Origin: Clostridiales bacterium
Lineage (GTDB): Bacteria > Bacillota > Clostridia > Christensenellales > UBA1242
Assembly: GCA_015055535.1 (NCBI GenBank)
Contig: SVIA01000006.1
Span: forward strand, 1 to 61,961
Reading direction: 5' to 3'
Length of the DNA: 61,961 nt
Part shown: positions 1 through 9,346 of the stretch, piece by piece
Numbering within the stretch: the stretch's first letter is position 1
How the letters are laid out: each line of letters begins with the position of its first letter
The notes under the pieces: generated by a model
The model's input: the letters and a program-made list of their open reading frames with translations, nothing else
Databases searched by the model: none
What the model was told of the DNA's origin: nothing
Translations under genes and position numbers: made by a program

Positions 1-946
1 CTTTATCTTTAATAAAATTATATTTTCTTGCAGTTTCATTAAAAATTCTAGTTAAAGCACTTTTAAAACCAGTTTCATGTGTTCCGCCCTCTGTTGTAGG
101 AATATTATTTACGTAAGAATAAATATTATCTACATATTCACTTGTGTGAATAAATGCAAGTTTAACCCTAACCAAATCGCTTTGTCCCTCTAGATAAAAA
201 GGTGTATTATAAAGCATTTTTTTATTTTCAACTAAATTTAAAACAAAATCGTTTAATCCGCCTGTAAAATTAAATTGTTTTACAAAGGTTTTTTCTTCTC
301 TGTTATCGACAAAATTAATAATTAAACCTTTGTTTAAATATGCAAGTTCTTTTAAACGACTTAATATTGTTTCTCTATTAAAAGTTAAGTCTTTAAATAC
401 TCTATCATCTGGTAAAAAAGTTACTAGCGTTCCAGTTTCTTTAGTAACTCCTATTTGTTTTAAAGCAGATTTAACAATACCACTTTTAATTTGGCCATTA
501 ACTTCTTTGCTTTCAAACTCCATAAAAAAAACTTTACCATCACGCTTAACGGTTACATTACAAAATCTACTTAATGCATTTGTAACACTAGCACCAACAC
601 CATGAAGTCCACCAGAAAAGGTGTAATTTTCGCTTTCAAATTTACCACCAGCATGAAGTTGTGTATAAACAACCTCTACACCAGAAATTTTTAATTTTGG
701 GTGAATATCTGTAGGAATACCTCTACCATTATCTTCAACAGAACAACTACCATCTTTGTTTAAAGTAACTGTAATTTTATTACCATAACCGTTTGCAATT
801 TCATCTATTGAATTATCAACAATTTCCCATAAAAGATGATGATATCCTTTAGCTCCCGTTGTACCAATATACATACCAGGACGCATTCTAACAGCATCTA
901 AACCTTCTAAAACAACAATATCTTTTGAATTATAACTTTTAGCCAT
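1..946 (-). CDS. parE: Type IIA topoisomerase subunit B (ParE/GyrB family), N-terminal part; runs off the window edge
   Basis: Not in the ORF track. Minus strand from ATG at 946 reads MAKSYNSKDIVVLEGLDAVRMRPGMYIG...EIVDNSIDE...DNGRGIP...LHAGGKF...GGLHGVGASV...EGGTHETG (GHKL ATPase). parE versus gyrB is inferred from context away from dnaA. Confidence 0.85.
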   Translation of the reverse strand, partial: MAKSYNSKDIVVLEGLDAVRMRPGMYIGTTGAKGYHHLLWEIVDNSIDEIANGYGNKITVTLNKDGSCSVEDNGRGIPTDIHPKLKISGVEVVYTQLHAGGKFESENYTFSGGLHGVGASVTNALSRFCNVTVKRDGKVFFMEFESKEVNGQIKSGIVKSALKQIGVTKETGTLVTFLPDDRVFKDLTFNRETILSRLKELAYLNKGLIINFVDNREEKTFVKQFNFTGGLNDFVLNLVENKKMLYNTPFYLEGQSDLVRVKLAFIHTSEYVDNIYSYVNNIPTTEGGTHETGFKSALTRIFNETARKYNFIKDK

Positions 947-959
947 GAAATCTATTCTC

Positions 960-1280
960 CTAATCTTTGCTAAGCCAATAAGCAAATTTATCCATTTTCA
1001 TTGTACTCAATTTTTCTAAAATTTCATAACAATTTAAGTCTTTTCCATTAATTTTTTTTAAAATATCTTCTCTTTTATTAACTTTATTTATAAAATTACT
1101 AACAAAAAATGGAAATAAATTAGTTTGTTTTAAATTATTGCTAGCCATTAAATCATAGTCAATTAAGCCATCACAATTTAAAAGTGCATCTTTTTCACCA
1201 TCTAATGAAGTATAAATATACTCACTATTTACAAACTCTAATTTTCCCAGTTTATAGTTTTGATAATTCAAATAAATCAT
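960..1280 (-). CDS. HipS / HipA N-terminal-subdomain-like small protein (candidate antitoxin)
   Basis: YKLGKLEFVNSEYIY and NLFPFF segments resemble the HipA coupled N-terminal domain; lies directly downstream of the kinase. Confidence 0.55.
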   Translation of the reverse strand: MIYLNYQNYKLGKLEFVNSEYIYTSLDGEKDALLNCDGLIDYDLMASNNLKQTNLFPFFVSNFINKVNKREDILKKINGKDLNCYEILEKLSTMKMDKFAYWLSKD

Positions 1281-1291
1281 ACTAACCTCAA

Positions 1292-2275
1292 TTAAAATAT
1301 TTCAATTTCTTTTTCATTCATTTGTTTAACAAGCTCTGCATTTAAAGCTTTAACTCGATTTTCCACACCTTTTAAAATTAAATTATAGTGAATTTCTGGA
1401 AGTTTTTTCTTATAAATAGAACGAATAAAATCAACTTCCTTTTTAAAATCTAGTTTTAAAAAGTTTTTGTATAAACCCATTAATTTTTTATTTTTTAACA
1501 ATTCACAAGCCAAATCTCTAACAACAATTTTTTCTGGTTCAACATCATTTTCTGTATCATCTTGTTTAATATAAAAATTAACCATAGGATTTTTATTGCT
1601 ATTGTAAGTAATATCGCATTCTTTTCTTGAAATATATCTATATATAGCAGTAGCTTCTGAAACCGATTTAAACAAATACAAACAATAAGCATTATCAAAC
1701 ATAGGAGCTAGTTTTAAAGTTTTAATATTATCTTTTTCTTCTATTAAAAACTCTATGTTTCCAGCATGTCTATCTGTTTGTAATAACAAATAATCCATTA
1801 AAGCCATATCTTTTAAGTTTTGCTCCATATTACTATCTAATACAAGATTTCTATCATTACAAAACTTTCGACACATAGTCATCACCTCGTTGGGCGTATA
1901 ACCAAACTCTTCTTTATAATATTTTTTTCTTAAAGAATTTAAAGAAATACTTTCTTTTACATTTTTAGTTCGATAGCTTTCAATTAAAACACCTCTTACC
2001 TCATCGTTATCTTTTTTAAATAAATCTTTACTAAAAACAGCTTTAACACAATTAAAGCCTAAAATGTAAGATAGATAAGAAGTAAATACTTCACCAAAAT
2101 CAGTATAATCTGAATAAACGTTACTATATTTGAACAAGTAATCTTTATTGTTACACTTTACCCAATATTTAGGACTAAGACCTGATAGCATATCAGCACT
2201 TTCAATATCTGAAAAATTAACCAATTTTTCATTTAGTTTTCTAAACATTTCTTTAACTTTCGAATTTTCTACCAT
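1292..2275 (-). CDS. HipA/CtkA-family Ser/Thr kinase (HipT-like, kinase domain only)
   Basis: SGLSPK loop, YLFKY lysine, DRHAGN catalytic loop, LAPMFDN motif; start placed at ATG 2275 because the promoter lies at 2282-2310. Confidence 0.85.
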   Translation of the reverse strand: MVENSKVKEMFRKLNEKLVNFSDIESADMLSGLSPKYWVKCNNKDYLFKYSNVYSDYTDFGEVFTSYLSYILGFNCVKAVFSKDLFKKDNDEVRGVLIESYRTKNVKESISLNSLRKKYYKEEFGYTPNEVMTMCRKFCNDRNLVLDSNMEQNLKDMALMDYLLLQTDRHAGNIEFLIEEKDNIKTLKLAPMFDNAYCLYLFKSVSEATAIYRYISRKECDITYNSNKNPMVNFYIKQDDTENDVEPEKIVVRDLACELLKNKKLMGLYKNFLKLDFKKEVDFIRSIYKKKLPEIHYNLILKGVENRVKALNAELVKQMNEKEIEIF

Positions 2276-2281
2276 ATTAGT

Positions 2282-2310
2282 ATTATATATTAATAAATGC
2301 AAATTGTCAA
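2282..2310 (-). promoter_or_regulatory. Sigma-A promoter of the kinase operon
   Basis: TTGACA-17 bp-TATAAT, 6 nt before ATG 2275. Confidence 0.8.
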
Positions 2311-2390
2311 TGTTGAAAAATAATATTTTATTTATATAAATTTAAAATAAAAATTATTATATTTAAAAAAATAGCACATAAACTAATTAT

Positions 2391-3440
2391 ATGAAAAAAA
2401 TAGTTTTTACAGGCGGCGGAACAGCCGGACACGTTATACCAAACCTAGCAATTATAGACGAGCTTAAAAATAAAGCCCAAATTTTTTATATTGGAAGCAA
2501 TGGAATTGAAAAAAATATTATTAAAGATAATAACATCAAATTTTACGAAATAACAAGTACAAAACTTAGAAGAACAATAAGTTTAAAAAATTTTTTAATT
2601 CCATTTAAATTATTAAAAGCATTTAAACAAAGTAAAAAAATATTAAAAGAATTAAAACCTGATGTTGTGTTTAGTAAAGGTGGTTATGTTGCTCTACCCG
2701 TAGTTTTAGCAGCTAAAAAATTAAAAATACCTGTAATTTGCCACGAAAGTGACTACACAATGGGACTTGCAAATAAACTTTGTAAAAACAAATGTACATA
2801 TGTTTGTACAAGTTTTGAAAATACAAGCAAAAGCTTAAAAAATGGGGTTTTTACTGGAAGTCCACTTAGAAAAGAACTATTTTTAGGTAAAAAAGAAAAT
2901 GCAAAAAAATTGTTTAAAAATTACCAAGAAAAGCCAACAATTTTAATTGTCGGTGGTAGTTTGGGTAGTAAAATTATAAATGAAAATATCATTAAAATTT
3001 TACCAAAATTATCAAACTTTAACATTATTCATTTGGTTGGAAAAAACAACCTAACTAACACTAAATTTGATAATTATGTAGAGTTAGAATTTAGTAATAA
3101 CATAGCAGATTTATTTAGTCTTTCTGACCTTGTTATTAGTCGAGCCGGAAGTAATGCAATATTTGAAATTTTAGCGTTAAACAAGCCTAATATTTTAATT
3201 CCACTATCTAAAAAAGCAAGCCGTGGTGACCAAATAATAAATGCAAATTACTTTAAAGAAAAAGGTTATAGTAAGGTTATTTTAGAAGAAGATTTAAATG
3301 AAACTACCCTACTTAAAACTATAGAAAACTTATGGAAAAACAAAGAAAAATATATAGAAAAAATGAAAAAATCACCCACAAAAAATGCTACTAATCAAAT
3401 TTGTGACTTAATAATGAAAACAACAACAAAAGCTAAATAA
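2391..3440 (+). CDS. murG: Undecaprenyl-PP-MurNAc-pentapeptide GlcNAc transferase
   Basis: TGGGTAGH, SKGGYV, GGSLGS, SRAGSN, GDQIINA motifs. Confidence 0.95.
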   Translation: MKKIVFTGGGTAGHVIPNLAIIDELKNKAQIFYIGSNGIEKNIIKDNNIKFYEITSTKLRRTISLKNFLIPFKLLKAFKQSKKILKELKPDVVFSKGGYVALPVVLAAKKLKIPVICHESDYTMGLANKLCKNKCTYVCTSFENTSKSLKNGVFTGSPLRKELFLGKKENAKKLFKNYQEKPTILIVGGSLGSKIINENIIKILPKLSNFNIIHLVGKNNLTNTKFDNYVELEFSNNIADLFSLSDLVISRAGSNAIFEILALNKPNILIPLSKKASRGDQIINANYFKEKGYSKVILEEDLNETTLLKTIENLWKNKEKYIEKMKKSPTKNATNQICDLIMKTTTKAK

Positions 3441-3466
3441 ATTCTTAAATTTAATTTAATTCACAT

Positions 3467-3505
3467 TAAAAAAACCACAAATTTAAATTTGCGGTTTTTT
3501 GTTTT
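3467..3505. terminator. Bidirectional intrinsic terminator
   Basis: AAAACCACAAAT...ATTTGCGGTTTT hairpin flanked by A and T tracts between convergent genes. Confidence 0.75.
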
Positions 3506-4960
3506 TTACCATTCATATGTAACTGTATAAACAGCATTTTTATCAATAATATAATTTTCATTTGTGTAAGTTATATTAGAGAATGTTGCATTCTTAATTG
3601 TTGTACCATCTGGAATAGTTCCACTTCCGTTATATCCATTAACTTTAAATTTTATTGTACAACTATCATCTACATATCCCCATCGACTTAGATCGATGTA
3701 ACCATAGTGTTGATCTACAGGATTATCTCTATGAACAGTAATATTACTTGATAATGTTAATAATTTTCTATTAACAACAACTGATGTTTCACCATAAGGA
3801 TCTACTAAGTTATAAGCATCATCCATAATATTATTTAATTCTTCATGAGTTGTAGCATCAATTAAATAAACTTTTTTTGCACTAACATATCTATGTTCAT
3901 CAGAATATTCATGTATAGAAGCATTAATTATTTTATTTTCAAGATCATCTGGATCTTTTATAGTTACTATTACTTTAAGTTTTTTGCCTTCAATTATTCC
4001 ATGAGATGAATCATAAATTATTTCAAACTCATCTGTACCATCATATGTTTTACTAATTACAGTTGGTAGCTCTAAATTTAAAGGTTGTATCATACGCTCA
4101 CTTAAAAATGTAGGAGTATTTGCTAATTTATAGTTTGAATTAACTACTTTAATTTCAGGATTATTACTACTACTTAAATAATATTCTTTAACAGATGAAT
4201 GATCAACATCCCAGTATTTTATAATTAAATATAAACTTTCATTTGATAATCTGCCTTGCTCTTCAGTTATTTCTAAAACTTTATAATCAGATCCATCAAA
4301 AACTTTTTGCCAATAATTTTTATTAGTTCCAATTTGCTCGATTTTTCTTGGTGTAATTTTTACAGTTTTAGTACCAGTAAATGCTGCGTATCTTTCTGTT
4401 TCGGTTAAAGTTACAGACATTTCATAATCACCCACAACAGTTGGAGCTTCAGATAAAGCAACACCATCTTTATACCAAGTATAAGTTAAATTTCCATCTG
4501 AATTATTGCGTAATCCCTCTTCTACAGAGTATGGTTGTCCATCATAAATTTTATCTATAAAAACTATCATTGGTGTTATTTTGTCTTGTTCAAAAGTATC
4601 TGTACCGGCTTTACCACATACACAAGATTTTTTATAAACTGCTTTTGTTGTTTGTGTCGCAGGTGTTACTAAATAATCTGCATGCACTACCTTTTGATTA
4701 TAAACGTGAGCTTGTGAAGCCATTATATATTCACAACCTGTACATTTTTTCCAGTGATTATCATTATCTTGGAAATATTCTGATCCTTCTTCATGCCAAT
4801 CTGCATCTTTAGTATCCCCACAAGAACATTTATAAAAATGTTGATGTTCGTCATACGTTAGTTCTGTAGAAAATTCATGTTTGTGACCGCAGCCTGTTAG
4901 GAACGCTAAACAAACAAAAATAAATGAAACAATTGTTAATAAAATTTTGTTTTTATTCAT
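3506..4960 (-). CDS. Surface lipoprotein with Cys/His-rich repeats and MBG/YDG-like beta domains
   Basis: Lipobox LTGC; HFYKCSCG, HWKKCTGC and SCVCG repeats; KIYDG, KVFDG and KTYDG repeats. Confidence 0.7.
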   Translation of the reverse strand: MNKNKILLTIVSFIFVCLAFLTGCGHKHEFSTELTYDEHQHFYKCSCGDTKDADWHEEGSEYFQDNDNHWKKCTGCEYIMASQAHVYNQKVVHADYLVTPATQTTKAVYKKSCVCGKAGTDTFEQDKITPMIVFIDKIYDGQPYSVEEGLRNNSDGNLTYTWYKDGVALSEAPTVVGDYEMSVTLTETERYAAFTGTKTVKITPRKIEQIGTNKNYWQKVFDGSDYKVLEITEEQGRLSNESLYLIIKYWDVDHSSVKEYYLSSSNNPEIKVVNSNYKLANTPTFLSERMIQPLNLELPTVISKTYDGTDEFEIIYDSSHGIIEGKKLKVIVTIKDPDDLENKIINASIHEYSDEHRYVSAKKVYLIDATTHEELNNIMDDAYNLVDPYGETSVVVNRKLLTLSSNITVHRDNPVDQHYGYIDLSRWGYVDDSCTIKFKVNGYNGSGTIPDGTTIKNATFSNITYTNENYIIDKNAVYTVTYEW

Positions 4961-4989
4961 AATTTTCTCCTTTGAATTTTTTCAAAGCT

Positions 4990-5017
4990 ATTATACCCCC
5001 CCCCGCAATTTTGTCAA
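4990..5017 (-). promoter_or_regulatory. Sigma-A promoter with a G9 tract in a 16-bp spacer
   Basis: Minus strand TTGACA-AAATTGC-GGGGGGGGG-TATAAT; the run is C at 4996-5004 on the plus strand. Confidence 0.85.
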
Positions 5018-5023
5018 CCAAAA

Positions 5024-5047
5024 AACTATATTTTTAAAAATATAGTT
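5024..5047. repeat. Perfect 24-bp palindrome just upstream of the -35 box
   Basis: AACTATATTTTTAAAAATATAGTT is its own reverse complement. Confidence 0.7.
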
Positions 5048-5088
5048 ACTACTCCTTTCTGACTGTTTTTATTTTATTGTGAATATTA

Positions 5089-5114
5089 AAAAAAAGAGTG
5101 GATAACTCTTTTTT
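5089..5114 (-). terminator. Terminator after sigK
   Basis: AAAAAGAGT-GGATA-ACTCTTTTT hairpin. Confidence 0.7.
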
Positions 5115-5820
5115 AATCGATATAAAATTCCTTATTGTTTAGTTTTTGTCTTATTTCTTTCAGAGCTTTATTTTCTAAGCGCGAAATATAACTTCTGCTT
5201 ATTCCTAATTTTTTAGCAACTTCAAGTTGAGTGTATGCAGGTTTTCCATTCAAACCAAAACGCATACAAATAATTTGATATTCTCTATTTGATAAATTTT
5301 CTTTTAAAATTTTTAACAATTCTTCTGATAATATTTTTGACTCAACTTTTTGTGATAATTCATCTACATCATTACCAATAATGTCTTGAAGGGTAATTTC
5401 GTTACCATCTTTATCTTGCCCTAAACTTTCTTCAAGTGAATAAACACCATTATGTTTTTTATTAACTCTAAGAAGCATTAAAATTTCATTTTCTATACAT
5501 CTAGCAGCATAAGTTGATAATTGACTTCCCTTATTTAATTCATATGTATTTATTGCTTTAATTAAACCTATAGTGCCTACGCTAATTAAATCATCTGCCT
5601 CTCCTGCTTGAGAATATTTTTTTACAATATGAGCTACTAATCGTAAATTGTGATAAATTAGTTTATTTTTAGCCTCTTCATCATTATCTTCTTTATATTT
5701 TTTTATACATTCAAACTCTTCTTCTTGAGTAAGCGGATTTGGAAACCCACTACTTTTTTGAACAAAAGATGTAAAACACATAATTCTATTCAAAAAATTT
5801 ATAAAAGTTTCAGTTATCAT
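5113..5820 (-). CDS. sigK: Sporulation sigma factor SigK (pro-sigma-K), uninterrupted
   Basis: FPNPLT, HNLRLVAHIVKKY, DDLISVGTIGLIKA, YAARCIENEILM, LGISRSYISRLE; N-terminal pro-sequence. Confidence 0.92.
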   Translation of the reverse strand: MITETFINFLNRIMCFTSFVQKSSGFPNPLTQEEEFECIKKYKEDNDEEAKNKLIYHNLRLVAHIVKKYSQAGEADDLISVGTIGLIKAINTYELNKGSQLSTYAARCIENEILMLLRVNKKHNGVYSLEESLGQDKDGNEITLQDIIGNDVDELSQKVESKILSEELLKILKENLSNREYQIICMRFGLNGKPAYTQLEVAKKLGISRSYISRLENKALKEIRQKLNNKEFYID

Positions 5821-5842
5821 ATATTTACCTTCCTTATGTGTA

Positions 5843-5865
5843 AATATATGAACTAAAATGTCGAA
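5843..5865 (-). promoter_or_regulatory. SigE/SigK-type -10 box and Spo0A-box match upstream of sigK
   Basis: CATATATT on the minus strand at 5843-5850; TGTCGAA at 5859-5865 on the plus strand. Confidence 0.55.
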
Positions 5866-5931
5866 TTTTGCTTGTCTAATAAAATTTTATTTTAAAATAA
5901 AAAAAGCCACCAATAACTTGGTGACTTATTT

Positions 5932-6177
5932 TTAAGCCATTAAACTTGAAATCATTAGAACAATAAAAGCAATAACAACTAAAATTAATCCAACCACTTT
6001 TATTGTAATAAATATTTTATCATCTGGCATAATAAAATTTGTTTTTCTAATGGTTTTAGTAATTCTTTTAGCTAAACATATAATTGCTAAACCAATAGAA
6101 CCTAAAATAATAGAAGTTAAAAATTCTACTTTTGTTAATGTTTCAAGTAAAGTTACACCATTTAATAAATAATTCAT
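5932..6177 (-). CDS. Small two-TM membrane protein
   Basis: Two hydrophobic helices, AGGAG RBS, downstream hairpin at about 5899-5931. Confidence 0.75.
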   Translation of the reverse strand: MNYLLNGVTLLETLTKVEFLTSIILGSIGLAIICLAKRITKTIRKTNFIMPDDKIFITIKVVGLILVVIAFIVLMISSLMA

Positions 6178-6235
6178 AATCTTCTCCTAACATTGTTATT
6201 ATATAACATTATTTAAAACTAGTCAATACCCAAAT

Positions 6236-6817
6236 TTAAGAAATTTGATTATTTTCATTATTAATTGTTTTAGAAACATTATTATAAAGCTTAAAAAATT
6301 TTACAACATATTGAATAATAGTTATTAAAACCAAAACCAAGGCTATAATAACCAAAATTAAATCTACCGGAGCAATAATATTATGTAAAAAACAACTAAA
6401 TAAAGCTAAACTCATAAAAACTGTTGTTAATTTCCCAACAATATTTGCTTGAATTACAATTCTTTTAAAGTATAAAATGCTTCCTGTTATTATAGAACCA
6501 AAATCTAAAACTAACAATATTATAAACAAATATAACGGCAAAACATTATTAATCATGAATGCACATAAAACACACAATCTTAAAAGCTTATCTGCTAAAG
6601 GATCTAAAACTTTTCCAAGAGCCGTTATATTATTAGTACTTCTTGCAATGTACCCATCTAATATATCCGAAAAAAAAGCCAGCAAATAAATTAAAATTGC
6701 CCACAGTGGAAAACCATTATAATAAAATGATTTATTTAAATATAAAACCATAAAAATTGGAATTAAAATAATTCTAAAAATAGTAATTAAGTTTGCAACA
6801 TTCAAATTTTTTCTCAT
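6236..6817 (-). CDS. pgsA: CDP-alcohol phosphatidyltransferase (PgsA-like)
   Basis: ANLITIFRI and DILDGYIAR...GKVLDPLADK signature; start trimmed to MRKNLNVAN. Confidence 0.88.
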   Translation of the reverse strand: MRKNLNVANLITIFRIILIPIFMVLYLNKSFYYNGFPLWAILIYLLAFFSDILDGYIARSTNNITALGKVLDPLADKLLRLCVLCAFMINNVLPLYLFIILLVLDFGSIITGSILYFKRIVIQANIVGKLTTVFMSLALFSCFLHNIIAPVDLILVIIALVLVLITIIQYVVKFFKLYNNVSKTINNENNQIS

Positions 6818-6921
6818 AATCAACAATATTTTACCATAAAAATTATAATAATTCAAAATATTTAACATTTTTTTTATAAAATTAATAGAATACTTGTGTA
6901 AATATGAAAAAGGAGGAATTA

Positions 6922-7902
6922 ATGAAAAAGTTTGCATTATTTATACTTACTATTTTTATAGGATTTTCTATAATACTTACTGGATGCAATAATAAAAATG
7001 TTATAAGAATTAATGAAGTTACTCATTCAATTTTTTATGCCCCACTTTATGTTGCAATTAATAATGGCTATTTTGAAGAATATGGTTATAAAATTGAATT
7101 AACTAATGGTGGTGGTTCAGATGCATCTATGACAGCGCTTTTAAGCGGCTCTGCTGACGTTGCTTTACTTGGGCCAGAAACTGGCGTATATGTAAACGCT
7201 CAAGGCAAACAAAATGCCCCTGTAGTATTTGGTCAACTAACCAAAAGAGACGGTAGTTTCTTGGTTGGTAAAGTAGATGAACCTAACTTTGATTGGTCTA
7301 ATTTAAGTGGCAAACATGTTATTGCTGGAAGAAAAGGTGGCTCTCCTGCCATGAGTTTACAACTAGCCATTGAAAAAAATGGGTTAAATATTGAAACAGA
7401 CTTAAATTTCGATTTAAGTGTAGCGTTTAATATGACTGTTGGCGCTTTTACTGGCGGTACGGCTGATTATGTTACAGTTTTCGAACCAACAGCAAGCGAA
7501 CTAGTTAGAGAAGGTAAAGGTTACATTGTAGCAAGCGTTGGCCAAGAAAGCGGCGAAATACCATTTACATGTTTTATGGCAAATAGTAGTTATATTAATA
7601 AAAATCCGGAAAAAATTGAAAACTTTTTAAAGGCAATTAAAAAAGCTTACAATTTTATTATGACAAGCAATATTAATGATGTAGTTGACAGTTTAAGACC
7701 AAGCTTTAGCACTTCTAGCGATGAAAGTATAAAAGCTAGCATATTAAGTTATAAAAGTATTGACGCTTGGTGTTCTAGCCCTTCTATGAGTGAAGAAAGT
7801 TATAATAGACTTTTAGATATGCTTGAAAATGCTGGAGAACTTACTACAAGAGTGCCGTTTAACAAGGTTGTTAATAATACAATAGCTAACACTATAATAT
7901 AA
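6922..7902 (+). CDS. ABC transporter substrate-binding lipoprotein, NitT/TauT (YtlA-like)
   Basis: Lipobox LTGC; EVTHSIFYAPLYVAI; AGGAGG RBS before ATG 6922. Confidence 0.88.
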   Translation: MKKFALFILTIFIGFSIILTGCNNKNVIRINEVTHSIFYAPLYVAINNGYFEEYGYKIELTNGGGSDASMTALLSGSADVALLGPETGVYVNAQGKQNAPVVFGQLTKRDGSFLVGKVDEPNFDWSNLSGKHVIAGRKGGSPAMSLQLAIEKNGLNIETDLNFDLSVAFNMTVGAFTGGTADYVTVFEPTASELVREGKGYIVASVGQESGEIPFTCFMANSSYINKNPEKIENFLKAIKKAYNFIMTSNINDVVDSLRPSFSTSSDESIKASILSYKSIDAWCSSPSMSEESYNRLLDMLENAGELTTRVPFNKVVNNTIANTII

Positions 7903-7925
7903 AAAGGCGTAATATACGCCTTTTT
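7901..7925. terminator. Bidirectional terminator
   Basis: AAAAAGGCGTA-ATA-TACGCCTTTTT. Confidence 0.8.
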
Positions 7926-7936
7926 ATATTATAATT

Positions 7937-9343
7937 TTAATAGCCCTTTTGTTCAAAAAGTGCTTTCTTTTTTTGTATCATTTCATCTACTCTACTGTTA
8001 TATTCTTTAATATCTTTAACATTAGCAAATCTTTCAATTCTGTTAGTTAATGAAAATACCCTTTTGCTTATTGCATTAGCACCACAAGCAACAATGCTAG
8101 ATAATTCATCCATAGTATCTATGTTAAAATAACAAATTTTATTATCTTTAAAATAACCAATATTATCAAGTCCACTAACCATATTTTTTTGTCTATATAA
8201 ATAATATGGTTTATATCCAGCTTTTTTTAGCTCATTTGATGCTATTATGCTCATTTTTTTTACTCTATTTTCATTTTTAAATATGTTTGCATTACTTTGT
8301 TTTAACGTAGATGCTCTTTTTAAAGAAAGTGTATGAATTGTAATGTTTTCTGGATTTAATTCTATAGCTATATCCATAGTATCATTAAAACTTTTAATAG
8401 TGTCATTAGGAAGTCCCATAATTAAATCCATGTTAATATCAAAATCAAACTCTCTCGCCATTCTATATGTATTTAAAACATCCATAGCGGTATGTTTTCT
8501 ACCGATACTAGCCAATACTTTGTCATTAAATGTTTGAGGGTTAATGCTAATTCTAGTAACCCCATATTTTTTCATTATTTCTAGTTTTTCTCTAGTAATT
8601 GTATCAGGTCTACCAGCTTCTACGGTAAATTCTTTAACATCAAAACATACAGTTTGTAAAATTCTTTCTAATTGTTCTGCAGTTAATGCGGTTGGAGTCC
8701 CACCACCAATATAAACATTTTTAACAATAAAATAATTTTCCATTAAAAATTCTTTTGTTTTATTTATTTCATAAATCAATTTGTCAACATATTCATCAAC
8801 AAGTTTTCCAGCTTTATTTACTTCCATAGACATAAAACTGCAATAACTACATTTGCTAGTACAAAATGGAATATTTATATAAAAATCCACCAGTTTATCA
8901 TTTAAATCTAAATTTTTTTGATTAACAATTATATCAATAATTAAATCCACTTTTTCTTTAGAAACATAATAATTATTTAACAAGAAATTTTCAATTGAAG
9001 TTTTAGGCAAACCTTTTTTTAATAAATCATAGCAAAATTTAACTGGCCTTATTCCAGTTAATGCTCCATATGGCATATTTTTATTAAAAACTTTAGTTAA
9101 TATTTCATACAAGCCAATTTTTGCAAAGCTTTTTGATGAAATAAATTTGCTAACATCGTTAATCTTTTCATAATTATATTCTTTTTTCTCTACAAAAATT
9201 TTATATGAATTTTTAATACGAGTTTCATTTTCCTCTAAAATATGATTAACTTGTATATCAAATTCATCATAACCAACGGGAACAAAAAGTTTTATAATAT
9301 CTTGGAACTCATAATTGTTTTCAATATTTGTATTAATTTCCAA
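7937..9343 (-). CDS. hemZ: HemZ-family radical SAM protein
   Basis: GALTGIRP, CTSKCSYCSF, EAGRPDTIT, PYYLYRQKN. Confidence 0.9.
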   Translation of the reverse strand: MEINTNIENNYEFQDIIKLFVPVGYDEFDIQVNHILEENETRIKNSYKIFVEKKEYNYEKINDVSKFISSKSFAKIGLYEILTKVFNKNMPYGALTGIRPVKFCYDLLKKGLPKTSIENFLLNNYYVSKEKVDLIIDIIVNQKNLDLNDKLVDFYINIPFCTSKCSYCSFMSMEVNKAGKLVDEYVDKLIYEINKTKEFLMENYFIVKNVYIGGGTPTALTAEQLERILQTVCFDVKEFTVEAGRPDTITREKLEIMKKYGVTRISINPQTFNDKVLASIGRKHTAMDVLNTYRMAREFDFDINMDLIMGLPNDTIKSFNDTMDIAIELNPENITIHTLSLKRASTLKQSNANIFKNENRVKKMSIIASNELKKAGYKPYYLYRQKNMVSGLDNIGYFKDNKICYFNIDTMDELSSIVACGANAISKRVFSLTNRIERFANVKDIKEYNSRVDEMIQKKKALFEQKGY

Positions 9344-9346
9344 TTT

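Noticed and set aside
330-605. 91-aa plus-strand ORF
   Set aside because: Antisense shadow of the topoisomerase B gene, which the ORF track missed because it is truncated by the window edge
5113-5820. skin-like element interrupting sigK
   Set aside because: sigK is continuous and no recombinase is nearby
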